DNA of 64,000 nt from the NCBI GenBank assembly GCA_038897215.1, contig JAWAWX010000001.1, positions 160,001 to 224,000 on the forward strand, in the 5' to 3' direction. Both the position numbers and the translations under genes were made by a program. Positions 26,078-35,554 of this stretch are shown in pieces. Within the stretch, counting starts at the first letter, position 1. Every line of letters starts with the position of its first letter. The notes under the pieces are model-generated. The model was not told the origin of the DNA and did not search any database. It saw only the letters and a list, made by a program, of their open reading frames with translations. Origin of the DNA: Acidilobaceae archaeon. Lineage in GTDB: Archaea > Thermoproteota > Thermoprotei_A > Sulfolobales > Acidilobaceae.

Positions 26078-28711
26078 TTGAGGACTCTAGTCAGGCTGAT
26101 GGACACGCCGTGGGGGAGAGCTAGGCTCGTCGACTTGAAGAGCGTAGACTGGCTTCAGAGAGCTCCCTACACCGTGAGAGTCCTGGCCGAGAACATCGTT
26201 AGAAGCCTCGGAGAAGACGGGGGCGAGCGAGCTCTAGAAGCTCTGAGAGACTGGAGGAGGGGGTCTCGGGCAGAGATCCCCTTCTACCCGGCCAGGGTAG
26301 TCTCCCAGGACCTCACGGGCGTGGCTCTAGCTCTAGACCTCGCTCTCCTGAGAGAAGCGGTGGCGGCGAGAGGCCTAGACCCGGGGCTCGTGGACCCGTC
26401 CGTCAGAGTAGACCTGATCGTAGACCACAGCCTCCAAGTAGACAGATACGGCTCTAGGGGGGCTCTGCGAGAAAACATGAGGCTCGAGGCGCTGAGGAAT
26501 AGAGATAAGTTCAGGCTCCTGAAGTGGGCTCAGAGAGCGTTCAAGAACTTCAATGTGCTCCCCCCGGGCTCCGGCATAATACACCAGGTTAACGTGGAGC
26601 ATCTGGCTGAAGTCGTGCGCGCCGAGGACTATAGAGGAGAGCTCTGGGTCTTCCCGGACACGGTCATAGGGACGGATAGCCACACCACCATGGTCAACGC
26701 TCTAGGAGTCCTAGGCTGGGGGGTCGGGGGTCTCGAAGCGGAGGCAGTCATGCTCGGCGAGCCCTACTACATCTCTGTGCCCAGAGTCGTCGGCGTGAGG
26801 GTCTACGGAGAGCTGAGGGAAGGAGTCACGAGCACAGACCTGGCTCTCTACGTGACGGAGCTCTTGAGGAAGAAGGGTGTCGTCGAGGCCTTCGTCGAGT
26901 TCTACGGGGAGGCTCTCGGAGAGCTCCCAGTGTGGGCCAGGCTCCCCGTGGCCAACATGGCTCCAGAGTACGGGGCCACGACTGGGTTCTTCCCGATAGA
27001 CGAGAGGACGCTAGAGTACCTCTACGCTACCGGGAGGGAGGAGGCTAGAGTCAAGCTCGTAGAGGCCTACGCTAAGGCAGCCGGCCTCTGGCACGAGCCG
27101 GGCAACGAGCCAGAGTACAGCGAGGTAGTAGACCTCGACTTGAGCGACGTAGAGCCCTCCATAGCGGGCCCCCGAAACCCCTTCGAGAGAATCCCGCTGA
27201 GAGAAGCCAAGGCTAGAGTAGCGGCTAGCCTGCCTCAGAAGCGGTCCAGGCTAGAGGTAGAGTCGCGCGGAGCCAGGTACGTGGTGGAAGACGGCTATAT
27301 CGCCATAGCCGCTATAGCTAGCTGCACTAACACCGGGAGCCTAGACCTCCTCGTAGCAGCAGGACTCTTAGCCAAGAGAGCAGTAGAGAGAGGGCTTCAG
27401 GTCAAGCCTTGGGTCAAGACGAGCTTCACGCCAGGCAGCAGGCTAGTGGCTAGAGCTCTCGACGAACTCGGCTTAACCCCGTATCTTGAAGCACTGAGAT
27501 TCCACGTGGTGGGCTACGCTTGCGCTACCTGCATAGGCAACAGCGGCCCCCTAGCCCCGCCAGCCGAGGAGGCGGCTAGGAGAGGAGTCCACCTGGTCGC
27601 GGTCATAAGCGGGAACAGAAACTTCTCCGGCAGAATCCACCCGCTCGTCGGGAGCGTCTACTTGGCCAGCCCCCCTCTGGTGGTCGCCTACGCTATAGCG
27701 GGCCGCGTGGACATAGACCTAGAGCGGGAGCCCCTAGACCTAGACCCGGGCGGCGACCCGGTATACCTCAGAGACCTGTGGCCGCCGAGAGAGGAGGTGG
27801 AGAGAGAGCTCAGAAAGCTCAACATTAGGAGGCTGGCAGTAGAGGTCTACTCCTCTCTAGAGGAGCCCCCCGAGTGGGCCGAGATCGATGCCCCCGAGTC
27901 TCCGCTCTACGACTGGAAGCCCAGCGCTCAGGTAGTCAAGCCCCCGCTCCTCGGAGCCGGAGAGGAGCCGGAGCTCGAGGACATAAGGGGGGCTAGGATC
28001 CTGGTGCTCGCTCCGGACAACACGACCACCGACCACATAAGCCCAGCTGGGCCCATAAGGAGAGACTCTCAAGCAGGCAGATACCTCTCGGAGCTCGGAG
28101 TAGACCCGGAGAGAGAGGGGCTCACCTACGGCTCCATGAGGGGGAACCACGAGGTGATGGTCAGAGGGGCCTTCGACAACCCCGGCTTCAGGAACCTAGC
28201 AGCTAGCAGGAGCGGGGCCTGGGCTAGAGTGTGGCCGGAGGGAGGCGAGGTCTCGGTGTTCGAGGCGAGCAGAGTCTACGCCTCCAGAAAGACCCCTCTC
28301 GTCATAGTGGCTGGCAGGAACTACGGCATGGGCAGCAGTAGAGACTGGGCTGCGAGAGCCCCAAGGCTGCTGGGAGTCAGAGCAGTGATAGCGGAGAGCT
28401 TCGAGAGGATACACAGGAGGAACCTCATAGCCGTAGGCATACTGCCCCTCGAGGTCGAGGATAGGCTAATCGAGAAGCTCAGAGGAGACGAGGAGGTAGA
28501 CGTGATAGGCTTGAGAGACATAGCTCCAGGCTCTGAGGTCAGGCTCGTGTTCAGGAGGGGCGACGGCTCAGCGGTAGAGGCTAGAGCCAGAGTCAGGCTT
28601 GAGAACTGGGCAGAGCTCGAGTACTACAAGAGCGGGGGAGTACTGGGCTACGTCCTCAGGAAGATTCTCGAGAAGAGTCGTGGAGCGTCGCTGAGAGAAC
28701 CCTCGGCCTGA
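26078..28711 (+). CDS. acnA: aconitate hydratase A
   Basis: QDLTG, DHS, HQVNVE, GTDSHT, ASCTN, CATCIGN, NRNF, TTDHISP and GSSRDWAA motifs. Confidence 0.96.
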   Translation: MRTLVRLMDTPWGRARLVDLKSVDWLQRAPYTVRVLAENIVRSLGEDGGERALEALRDWRRGSRAEIPFYPARVVSQDLTGVALALDLALLREAVAARGLDPGLVDPSVRVDLIVDHSLQVDRYGSRGALRENMRLEALRNRDKFRLLKWAQRAFKNFNVLPPGSGIIHQVNVEHLAEVVRAEDYRGELWVFPDTVIGTDSHTTMVNALGVLGWGVGGLEAEAVMLGEPYYISVPRVVGVRVYGELREGVTSTDLALYVTELLRKKGVVEAFVEFYGEALGELPVWARLPVANMAPEYGATTGFFPIDERTLEYLYATGREEARVKLVEAYAKAAGLWHEPGNEPEYSEVVDLDLSDVEPSIAGPRNPFERIPLREAKARVAASLPQKRSRLEVESRGARYVVEDGYIAIAAIASCTNTGSLDLLVAAGLLAKRAVERGLQVKPWVKTSFTPGSRLVARALDELGLTPYLEALRFHVVGYACATCIGNSGPLAPPAEEAARRGVHLVAVISGNRNFSGRIHPLVGSVYLASPPLVVAYAIAGRVDIDLEREPLDLDPGGDPVYLRDLWPPREEVERELRKLNIRRLAVEVYSSLEEPPEWAEIDAPESPLYDWKPSAQVVKPPLLGAGEEPELEDIRGARILVLAPDNTTTDHISPAGPIRRDSQAGRYLSELGVDPEREGLTYGSMRGNHEVMVRGAFDNPGFRNLAASRSGAWARVWPEGGEVSVFEASRVYASRKTPLVIVAGRNYGMGSSRDWAARAPRLLGVRAVIAESFERIHRRNLIAVGILPLEVEDRLIEKLRGDEEVDVIGLRDIAPGSEVRLVFRRGDGSAVEARARVRLENWAELEYYKSGGVLGYVLRKILEKSRGASLREPSA

Positions 28712-29972
28712 GGGTCTTGCTCGGCTCCTCCGGTATCAAGCCCTGAGGTCTCAGGTAGAGGACTAGGAGGACGAGGACCCCGGTGACTATGTGGGGCATT
28801 ATGGCCTGAACCTCTGTGACAGCATGGCTCTCCAGCGAGACGCCCATAGCGGAGGCAGCGGCTTCGAGGACCTCGGGGGTTAGGAGGCTCGAGAGCCTCC
28901 TGAGGAGGTAGACTAGGAGAGCTCCCACTATCACACCCCTGTTGTTAGCCATGCCCCCGAGTATCATCATAGTCCACGGTAGGAAAGTCCAGTTCATTCT
29001 ATCGAAGCTAGTGGGTATGACGCTAAGCATGTAGAGAGTGTAGATAGCTCCCGCTAGGCTGGCTATAACGCAGCCGAGTATGAGGACTCTCATCTTGACA
29101 GCGCCCACGTCTCTCCCGAAGATGCCTGCTACCACCTCATCGTCTCTTATGCCTCTCAGTAGCCTCCCCAGCGGGCTATTAGACACCTTGACTGAGTACG
29201 CGTAGACAGCGATGAGGACAGCTAGTAGGAGGGCTGTGGTTACTATGAACGAGGGCGAGCCTACCCGCAGAGTATCGTTTAGAGAGCTCAGTAACCCGCT
29301 ATGAGGGATGACTTGGGGAGCGCTGACCCCGTAGGCTCCACCGCCTAGAAGCTCTAGGTTGTGGAAGATCACTGTCACCATCAACTCGGCCAAGACTAGA
29401 GAGAATATCGCTAGATAGTCTCCTCTAAGCCTTAGAGCCACGAGCCCCAAGACGAACGCAAAGAGTAGCGATAGGAGCACGCTCGAGAACAGCCCTAGAG
29501 ACAGGTATAGGAGCCAGAGGAAGAAGCTAGAGCTAGCGTGGCTCCCGATGATGTCCGAGACTCTAGCGCTCAGAGTCCTGTAGGTGGCTTGGACTAAGAC
29601 CTCCTGGAGGCTCCCCGCGTACCTAGCTATTATCTCGTCTGAGAGGAGGCTCTCTCTCAGACTGCTGTCAGCGAGCCCCACGATAGCTATGTAGAGCCTC
29701 ATAGCCATAGCGCTCATACCGAAAGCTCCTATGTAGACGAAGAGATGCAAGCCGAAGTGCGGTATCCCGGTATACCCGGCTACTAGGTTTAGAGATAGCA
29801 CTATGACAGCTAGAGCTAGTATCGACACGAGGTCAGCCTCGATGAGAAAGCCTACTCCTGTGAGCTTCCACACAGCTATCAGCACTACGGGAGTGGCGAC
29901 TACCAGAGCTAGAGCTAGAGCGTCTAAAGCCACGTCTCTACGCTCTCTAACCAGGCTTCTCACTAGCCCCAC
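28656..29972 (-). CDS. livM: branched-chain amino acid ABC permease, LivM-like
   Basis: LSLNLVAGYTG..HFG, LRLRGDYLAI, SPLGR..IRDDE and ILGG motifs. Confidence 0.9.
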   Translation of the reverse strand: MGLVRSLVRERRDVALDALALALVVATPVVLIAVWKLTGVGFLIEADLVSILALAVIVLSLNLVAGYTGIPHFGLHLFVYIGAFGMSAMAMRLYIAIVGLADSSLRESLLSDEIIARYAGSLQEVLVQATYRTLSARVSDIIGSHASSSFFLWLLYLSLGLFSSVLLSLLFAFVLGLVALRLRGDYLAIFSLVLAELMVTVIFHNLELLGGGAYGVSAPQVIPHSGLLSSLNDTLRVGSPSFIVTTALLLAVLIAVYAYSVKVSNSPLGRLLRGIRDDEVVAGIFGRDVGAVKMRVLILGCVIASLAGAIYTLYMLSVIPTSFDRMNWTFLPWTMMILGGMANNRGVIVGALLVYLLRRLSSLLTPEVLEAAASAMGVSLESHAVTEVQAIMPHIVTGVLVLLVLYLRPQGLIPEEPSKTLRPRVLSATLHDSSRESS

Positions 29973-30993
29973 CTCTACTGAAGCCCAGTACTCTCTCCCA
30001 GTCGATCGATGCTAACCCTCGGGGAGCGGCTAGCAGGACGACCATGATGGCGGTGAAGCTGAATATTCCCTTTAGCGCGTGTAGCTGAAGATTCAGTCCC
30101 GTCGTGAGTAGCACGAAGTTGTTTAGAGTCGTCGCTAGAATGCTCTCAGAGAACCCTATTATGAAGCCTCCGAGCATAGACAAGTATATAGATGTCATCC
30201 CTCCCAGCACGCTACCAGCGAATATAGATATCAGGAAGAGGTACTGCGTCCTAGTCGGGTTGATCCCACCGTAGTGGCTCGATAGCTGGAACCCCACGAG
30301 GCTCCCTATGACTCCTGAGAGGAACCCGGCTAGGAGCCAGGCAGTAACGTAGGCTCTATCCACGTCTATCCCGAGTACTCGAGCTAAGCTCGGGTTCTCT
30401 ATGGATGCTCTCAAAGCCACGCCCAGCATGGTCTTGTAGAGCAGGTAGTGCATCGCCACAGCTAGGATGACAGCGACAGGCAGTACTAGCAGGTCGCTCA
30501 GATACATGTATCCCAGCGGGGTCTCTAGCAGGACGTCGTAGGACCTGAGACCGATATCGATTATCTTCCGCACGTTCACAGCCGGCACTAGAGCCACGAC
30601 TATAGCTAGCGTCCCGGCTAAGACTATGTCGAAAGCTAGAGTGGATATCATCACCCCCACGTCTCCTATCCCTCTAGCTCTGAGAGGCTTGATGACGAGC
30701 AGGTACTCTGCTAGAGCGAGCAGAGCTACGAGGAGCCCGGCTATCGGGGGGACGGCTAGGTATAGTAGCACGTAGAGCGGGCCGCCTATATGCTCGTAGA
30801 ACACTCTGTCTATAGCGTAGACTGTGACCAGAGTCCCGCATATCACGAGAGTCCCTTGAGCGAAGTTCGGGACTTTGACGACCAGGTATACGAGAGTCAT
30901 CATCGCCGAGAGTAGCGCTAGACTCGAGGCGAAAGCCAGTCCTGCTATGATGTACTGGGGGCTCGGGGTAGCTAGTAGGAGCGTGTCGATCAA
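29947..30993 (-). CDS. livH: branched-chain amino acid ABC permease, LivH-like
   Basis: NFAQG, LGVALRASIENP.LA..GI, VLGG and PRGL motifs. Confidence 0.9.
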   Translation of the reverse strand: MIDTLLLATPSPQYIIAGLAFASSLALLSAMMTLVYLVVKVPNFAQGTLVICGTLVTVYAIDRVFYEHIGGPLYVLLYLAVPPIAGLLVALLALAEYLLVIKPLRARGIGDVGVMISTLAFDIVLAGTLAIVVALVPAVNVRKIIDIGLRSYDVLLETPLGYMYLSDLLVLPVAVILAVAMHYLLYKTMLGVALRASIENPSLARVLGIDVDRAYVTAWLLAGFLSGVIGSLVGFQLSSHYGGINPTRTQYLFLISIFAGSVLGGMTSIYLSMLGGFIIGFSESILATTLNNFVLLTTGLNLQLHALKGIFSFTAIMVVLLAAPRGLASIDWERVLGFSRGGASEKPG

Positions 30994-31703
30994 GGCGATA
31001 ACCCCACGTACTTAGAGCCCAGCTCGGGGTCTCTCGCCAGGGTTACAGCGTCGCCGAAGTACGCTACCCTACCGCTGACTAGTAGTAGAGCCGTGTCGGC
31101 TATGCTTAGAGCTAGCCTAGCGTTCTGCTCTACTAGTAGCACTGTCTTGCCGAACTCGTCTCTAAGCCTCGATATATGCGAGGCCATCCACTTAGCTATA
31201 GAGGGCGCTACCCCCGCTGTCGGCTCGTCGAGCATTATGAGCTTAGGCTCTCTGATCAGCACCATAGCCAGCCCGAGCATCTGCCTCTCTCCGCCACTAA
31301 GGCTACTTGCTTTCTGCTCCATCCTCTTCTTGAGGAAGGGGAAGAACTCGAGTACTCTTTCAATCCTCTCCCGCGCCTCCTCTTCTCTCAGCCCGTACGC
31401 GGCTATCTTCAGATTCTCCTCTACGCTTAGATTGAGAAACACGTTGTCTGTCTGAGGCAAGTAGGCTAGCCCTAGTCTCGCCTTCTCGTGGGGAGGCACT
31501 CTAGTCACGTCTATTTCCTCAAACACGACTCTCCCGGAGTAGACGCTAGCCAGCCCGAATATCGCCTTCAGCAACGTGCTCTTACCGCTACCATTAGGGC
31601 CCACTATGGCGACTATCTCTCCCCTCTTGGCGCCGAACGAAATATCGAATAGTATCTGTAGCTTCCCATAGCCAGCGCTCAGAGACTCGACCCGTAGACT
31701 CAT
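30990..31703 (-). CDS. livF: ABC ATPase, LivF-like
   Basis: GPNGSGKST, LSGGERQM, LDEPTAG and LVEQN motifs. Confidence 0.92.
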   Translation of the reverse strand: MSLRVESLSAGYGKLQILFDISFGAKRGEIVAIVGPNGSGKSTLLKAIFGLASVYSGRVVFEEIDVTRVPPHEKARLGLAYLPQTDNVFLNLSVEENLKIAAYGLREEEARERIERVLEFFPFLKKRMEQKASSLSGGERQMLGLAMVLIREPKLIMLDEPTAGVAPSIAKWMASHISRLRDEFGKTVLLVEQNARLALSIADTALLLVSGRVAYFGDAVTLARDPELGSKYVGLSP

Positions 31704-32467
31704 CAAGCCTCACCCAGATAGCTTGCTACAACCTTCGGGTCTTCTAGCACCTCGCGCGGGCTACCCTCAGATATCACCTCGCCCAGGTGTAGAGCGTAGG
31801 CGTAGTCAGCGTGCTCAGCCGCGATGTCTAGCCTGTGCTCTACTATCAGGAACGTGAGCCCTCTCTCCTGAGAGAGGCTCTTGAGAGTCCTGAATATCTC
31901 TCTGGCTAGGACGGGGTTGACTCCGGCTGTGGGCTCGTCTAGAAGGACTAGCTTAGCGTTCTCTGCGACCATTATTCTAGCCAAGTCGAGGAGCTTCATC
32001 TGGCCCCCACTGAGCTCTCCAGGCCTCCTCCCCCTGACTCTCGAGAGGGAGAGCTTGTCTGTCGCGCTCTCCACGTCAGACATAGTTCTAGACTCGAAGC
32101 TGAGCCAGAGAGACTCTATGGGGGCTCGCGAGAGGCTCTCGCCGGGGTTACCGGACCTCCCGATAGCTATGTTCTCGTCTACCAGGAGGTTCTGCATAAG
32201 CCGAGGGATCTGGAAGCCTCTCACCAGCCCGAGCTTGTGTCTCTCGTGTAGAGGCATCCTAGTGATATCTGTCTTCTCGAAGACTACTCTGCCGGAGTCA
32301 GGCTCTATGAGCCCACTGATTATATTCAAGAGAGTAGTCTTACCGCTACCATTAGGCCCTATGAGTAGAGTCATCTTGCCCCTAGGGACTCTAATAGACA
32401 CTCCCTTGAGAGCCACGAGAGCTCCGAACTTCTTCCAGACGTTCTCCACCTCTAGTATAGCGTCCAC
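31703..32467 (-). CDS. livG: ABC ATPase, LivG-like
   Basis: GPNGSGKTT, LSGGQMK, LDEPTAG, IVEH and V..SYLG motifs. Confidence 0.92.
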   Translation of the reverse strand: MDAILEVENVWKKFGALVALKGVSIRVPRGKMTLLIGPNGSGKTTLLNIISGLIEPDSGRVVFEKTDITRMPLHERHKLGLVRGFQIPRLMQNLLVDENIAIGRSGNPGESLSRAPIESLWLSFESRTMSDVESATDKLSLSRVRGRRPGELSGGQMKLLDLARIMVAENAKLVLLDEPTAGVNPVLAREIFRTLKSLSQERGLTFLIVEHRLDIAAEHADYAYALHLGEVISEGSPREVLEDPKVVASYLGEA

Positions 32468-32605
32468 TCCACGACCCCATCGAATTTACGGTATCTGCTC
32501 TTTAGCACCACTATAAAGGGAGAAGCTATAAGTGTTAATGACCGGCTCGGAGATAAGGGGAAAAAGAGGCCATGGGGAGGAGAGGCTGAGAGAGGCTCCT
32601 CTCCT

Positions 32606-34024
32606 TCATCTCCTTCTGAGCACTATGTATCCTGCGGCGGCGACCGCGACTATCGCTATCACGACTGCTGCTAGAAGAACCGGCGAGACTCCTGGAGCCG
32701 CCACGTTAGCCTCTATAGTCTTGAACACTGTCTCCGCTAGAGCCGGGAATCCTGGGCTCTTCGGGTCGTAGGCGTACATCTCTAAGACCTTGACGCCCAG
32801 CTCCTCAGCTCTTCTAGCTGTGTAGTCTGCCAGCATCCTCCCCCAGTAGTCGTTCCGGTAGACTATCACTACCTGCTTTACCTTATCGTCTGCAATCATT
32901 CTAGCTATGGCTAAGCACTGGTAGTCGTCGGGCGGCGGGAACCTGTATATCGTGTCTTCGAACTTGAGCGCTGGTGAGGTGCTCGACGGGCTTATGACTA
33001 CGGACCTGCTTCCTCCAAGTATCAGGTCTCTCACTTTAGCTAGCTCGCTACTAGCCATCGGTCCAGCGAAGACCCTGATCCCTTTAGCGTAGAGAGCGCT
33101 ATAGGCGTCTTTAGCCTTCTCGGGGTCTGTTCCAGTGTCTCTCAGCTCGTAGGTGAACCTGAACTTGAACCCGTTCTGTGTGAGCCACGCGTTCAGGTCC
33201 TCTATAGCGATCTTGACGGCCTCCACGTTGGCTTTGCCGAAGGACGCTAGGCCTCCTGTCAGCGGGTAGAGGAGTCCGATAGTCACTGTTACAGTCGTGG
33301 GCGGCTCTTTCCTCACCAGTTGCCTCAGCTTCGCTGCATCCACGCTGGGCATAGGTCTACCAGCGGGCCTCGTGGCCAGCGGGTCTGCCTCGTACTTCTT
33401 TATCGTGTCTGTCTCCATGTCCCATAGAGCTTTCAGAGTCCAGTCGTACTTGCCGTCTTTCTTGGTTACCCCGAATATGCCGTAGTCTGTTCCAACCCTG
33501 TCCCCGTATCGGTCGAGGACGATCTTGCCCGAGGCTCCGTAGTAGATCTTGATGATCTCCGGTATAAGCGCGGCTATCGTGTCGACGTCGGCGTCAGTAG
33601 CTCCCCCCGCGGCCACCACCGCCAGGCCTAGGACCCATATCGCGTCGTAGCTGTTGAACGCGTAGCTGTCGGGAGCGTAGCCGACAGCGTCTCTCACGCT
33701 CCAGTAGATTCTCCTCACTAGCTCTATGTTCTCCAGGCTTAGAGATATAGTGGCTCTGAAGTTAGTCCTAACCGCTAGGTCTGCTGCTCTCTCGCTAGCC
33801 ACTAGTTTCTCGCTCAGAGCCAGGCCGTCTGTGCCGTACCATCTTATCTTGAACGCTATAGGGTACTTGATGGCTTCCGTCATGAAGTCCACTCCTTCCT
33901 CGAAGCTCACTAGAACTAGTCCTGTTTCTTCAGCTGTAGGCTTATCTTGCGCTATCGCTATAGTCGAGTAGGCGTACGCGAGAACTAAGGCTACGAGTAG
34001 TAGAGCTAGAGCCTTTCTCTTCAT
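32606..34024 (-). CDS. Liv-type substrate-binding protein, apparently circularly permuted, with signal peptide and C-terminal membrane anchor
   Basis: MKRK plus hydrophobic signal; the canonical N-terminal motif IGLLYPLTG lies mid-protein; C-terminal TM helix followed by RRR. Confidence 0.88.
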   Translation of the reverse strand: MKRKALALLLVALVLAYAYSTIAIAQDKPTAEETGLVLVSFEEGVDFMTEAIKYPIAFKIRWYGTDGLALSEKLVASERAADLAVRTNFRATISLSLENIELVRRIYWSVRDAVGYAPDSYAFNSYDAIWVLGLAVVAAGGATDADVDTIAALIPEIIKIYYGASGKIVLDRYGDRVGTDYGIFGVTKKDGKYDWTLKALWDMETDTIKKYEADPLATRPAGRPMPSVDAAKLRQLVRKEPPTTVTVTIGLLYPLTGGLASFGKANVEAVKIAIEDLNAWLTQNGFKFRFTYELRDTGTDPEKAKDAYSALYAKGIRVFAGPMASSELAKVRDLILGGSRSVVISPSSTSPALKFEDTIYRFPPPDDYQCLAIARMIADDKVKQVVIVYRNDYWGRMLADYTARRAEELGVKVLEMYAYDPKSPGFPALAETVFKTIEANVAAPGVSPVLLAAVVIAIVAVAAAGYIVLRRR

Positions 34025-34105
34025 CGCTATTTCACCCACTCTAGACTAACTGGTTTCTAGTGCTACTCTTGCAGAAGCTTATAAGCTTTAAAGAGGGGAT
34101 TATTA

Positions 34106-34168
34106 GGAGGCGATGAGAGGCGCTGGGTTGGCTGAGATCGTGATGTGTTCACGAACCACTCGAGCCCT
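34106..34168 (+). ncRNA. candidate C/D box sRNA
   Basis: GCGATGA 34110-16, D' CTGA 34132-35, C' GTGATGT 34140-46, degenerate D TCGA 34160-63; TATA-like TTATAAGCTTTAAA upstream. Confidence 0.55.
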
Positions 34169-34180
34169 GCTTCTCCCGTG

Positions 34181-35308
34181 CTACCCCAAGAGGCTAGACG
34201 CGAGAGAAGCGAGGGCTCTCGTGTTCAGCAAGCCGAGAGCTCCGCGACTCCTCAGAATCCTGGTAGCGACAGCTACTAGATTCTCGCCGTGTCTATCGTA
34301 GTCTAGTCTCATCAGCTCCCCTTCCAGAGCTCTCTCCAGAGCTCTCAAAGCCTCCTCGACGAGCACTGGGTTTTCGTGAGCGAGCCTAGCTATGGGCGCG
34401 AGTACTCTCATCTCTCTAGCTACGTGAGCAACCGAAGCTTCAACGGACTCCACGAGACTCCCCCCTCTTCTAATCAACCGCCCAGCGATCTCGGCTGCTA
34501 GAGCGTTCGGATAGAGCCCTCCGCCTGTTAGAGGCTTGTTTAGCGCGGCCGCGTCGCCCACGACTAGCACTCTTCCAGCTCTAATCCTGGAGGAGGGAGG
34601 TCCGAGGACTACTGTTCCACCATAGGTGGCTCTAGGCTCTCCTAGCGCGAGCTCTCTCTCGAGTCTATCGAGAAGCCTTGTGGCTACTCTCTTCTCGCGA
34701 GCTCCAAGCCCTAGAGTGGTCTCGCTCCCTCTCGGAATCCTCCAAGCGAAGAACCCGTGGGGGTACCGTTCTCCCAGATAGACTTCGATAGCTCTTCCTC
34801 TCGCGGGAACCAGGTAGTCTCTGTTGACTCCGTAGACTACTCTAGGCTCGTGCGTTAATCCCAGAGCTCTCCTGAGAGCCCCCATGTACCCCTCTGCTAG
34901 CAGGACTAGGTCGTAGCTCTCCCAGGAGCCTCTAGCTTTGACCGACCCGTCGGCAGACACTCTATCAACTCTTGAGTTCAGCTCGATTCTAGCGCCTAGC
35001 CTCTCGGCTTTCTCCAAGAGCTTCTCTTCTAGCGCTCGCCTATCGAGTCTCGCGACTCCCCCCTCAACTAGCACTGTCACGCTAGACGCTCTCCCCACTA
35101 GCCTCACGAGCTCGTACACGTTCTCCACGCTACTCAAGGCAGGGTCGCCGATTAGCCTCACAGTCCTCATAGAGACTAGCCCAGTGCAGTGTCTAGGAAC
35201 ACCCACAGCGCTGTGCTCCTCGTAGACCGTCACGCGAACCCCGGCTTCGGCTAGCTTTACGGCGAAGATGAGCCCAGCGAACCCTCCCCCCACGATAGCA
35301 ACCTTCAA
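34181..35308 (-). CDS. geranylgeranyl reductase-family FAD oxidoreductase
   Basis: GGGFAG, PRHCTGLVS, GFFAWRIP and VGDAA..NKPLTGGGL motifs. Confidence 0.88.
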   Translation of the reverse strand: MKVAIVGGGFAGLIFAVKLAEAGVRVTVYEEHSAVGVPRHCTGLVSMRTVRLIGDPALSSVENVYELVRLVGRASSVTVLVEGGVARLDRRALEEKLLEKAERLGARIELNSRVDRVSADGSVKARGSWESYDLVLLAEGYMGALRRALGLTHEPRVVYGVNRDYLVPARGRAIEVYLGERYPHGFFAWRIPRGSETTLGLGAREKRVATRLLDRLERELALGEPRATYGGTVVLGPPSSRIRAGRVLVVGDAAALNKPLTGGGLYPNALAAEIAGRLIRRGGSLVESVEASVAHVAREMRVLAPIARLAHENPVLVEEALRALERALEGELMRLDYDRHGENLVAVATRILRSRGALGLLNTRALASLASSLLG

Positions 35309-35554
35309 GGAGCACTCCTCCAGAAGAGTCTCGGAGAAGCGGGAGCACTGTTATCTAAAAAGCTCTCACTAGCCCCCCTCTCTAGCAGATTCCGGCTTTG
35401 CTCACGTATCTCGACGATACCCACGGTAGGCTATGCTGCTTAAGTGATCTCAGAGCGTGAAAGCTGTCTACGAGCGTAGATCGAGGAGCGGCTAGAGTCT
35501 TGAGGTAGACTCTTTTTTAGCGCTCGAGTCTTCTACGCGTAAGACTGGAGACGC

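Noticed and set aside
35340-35550. possible sRNA between GGR and PCNA
   Set aside because: No consistent C/D box spacing and no H/ACA signature.
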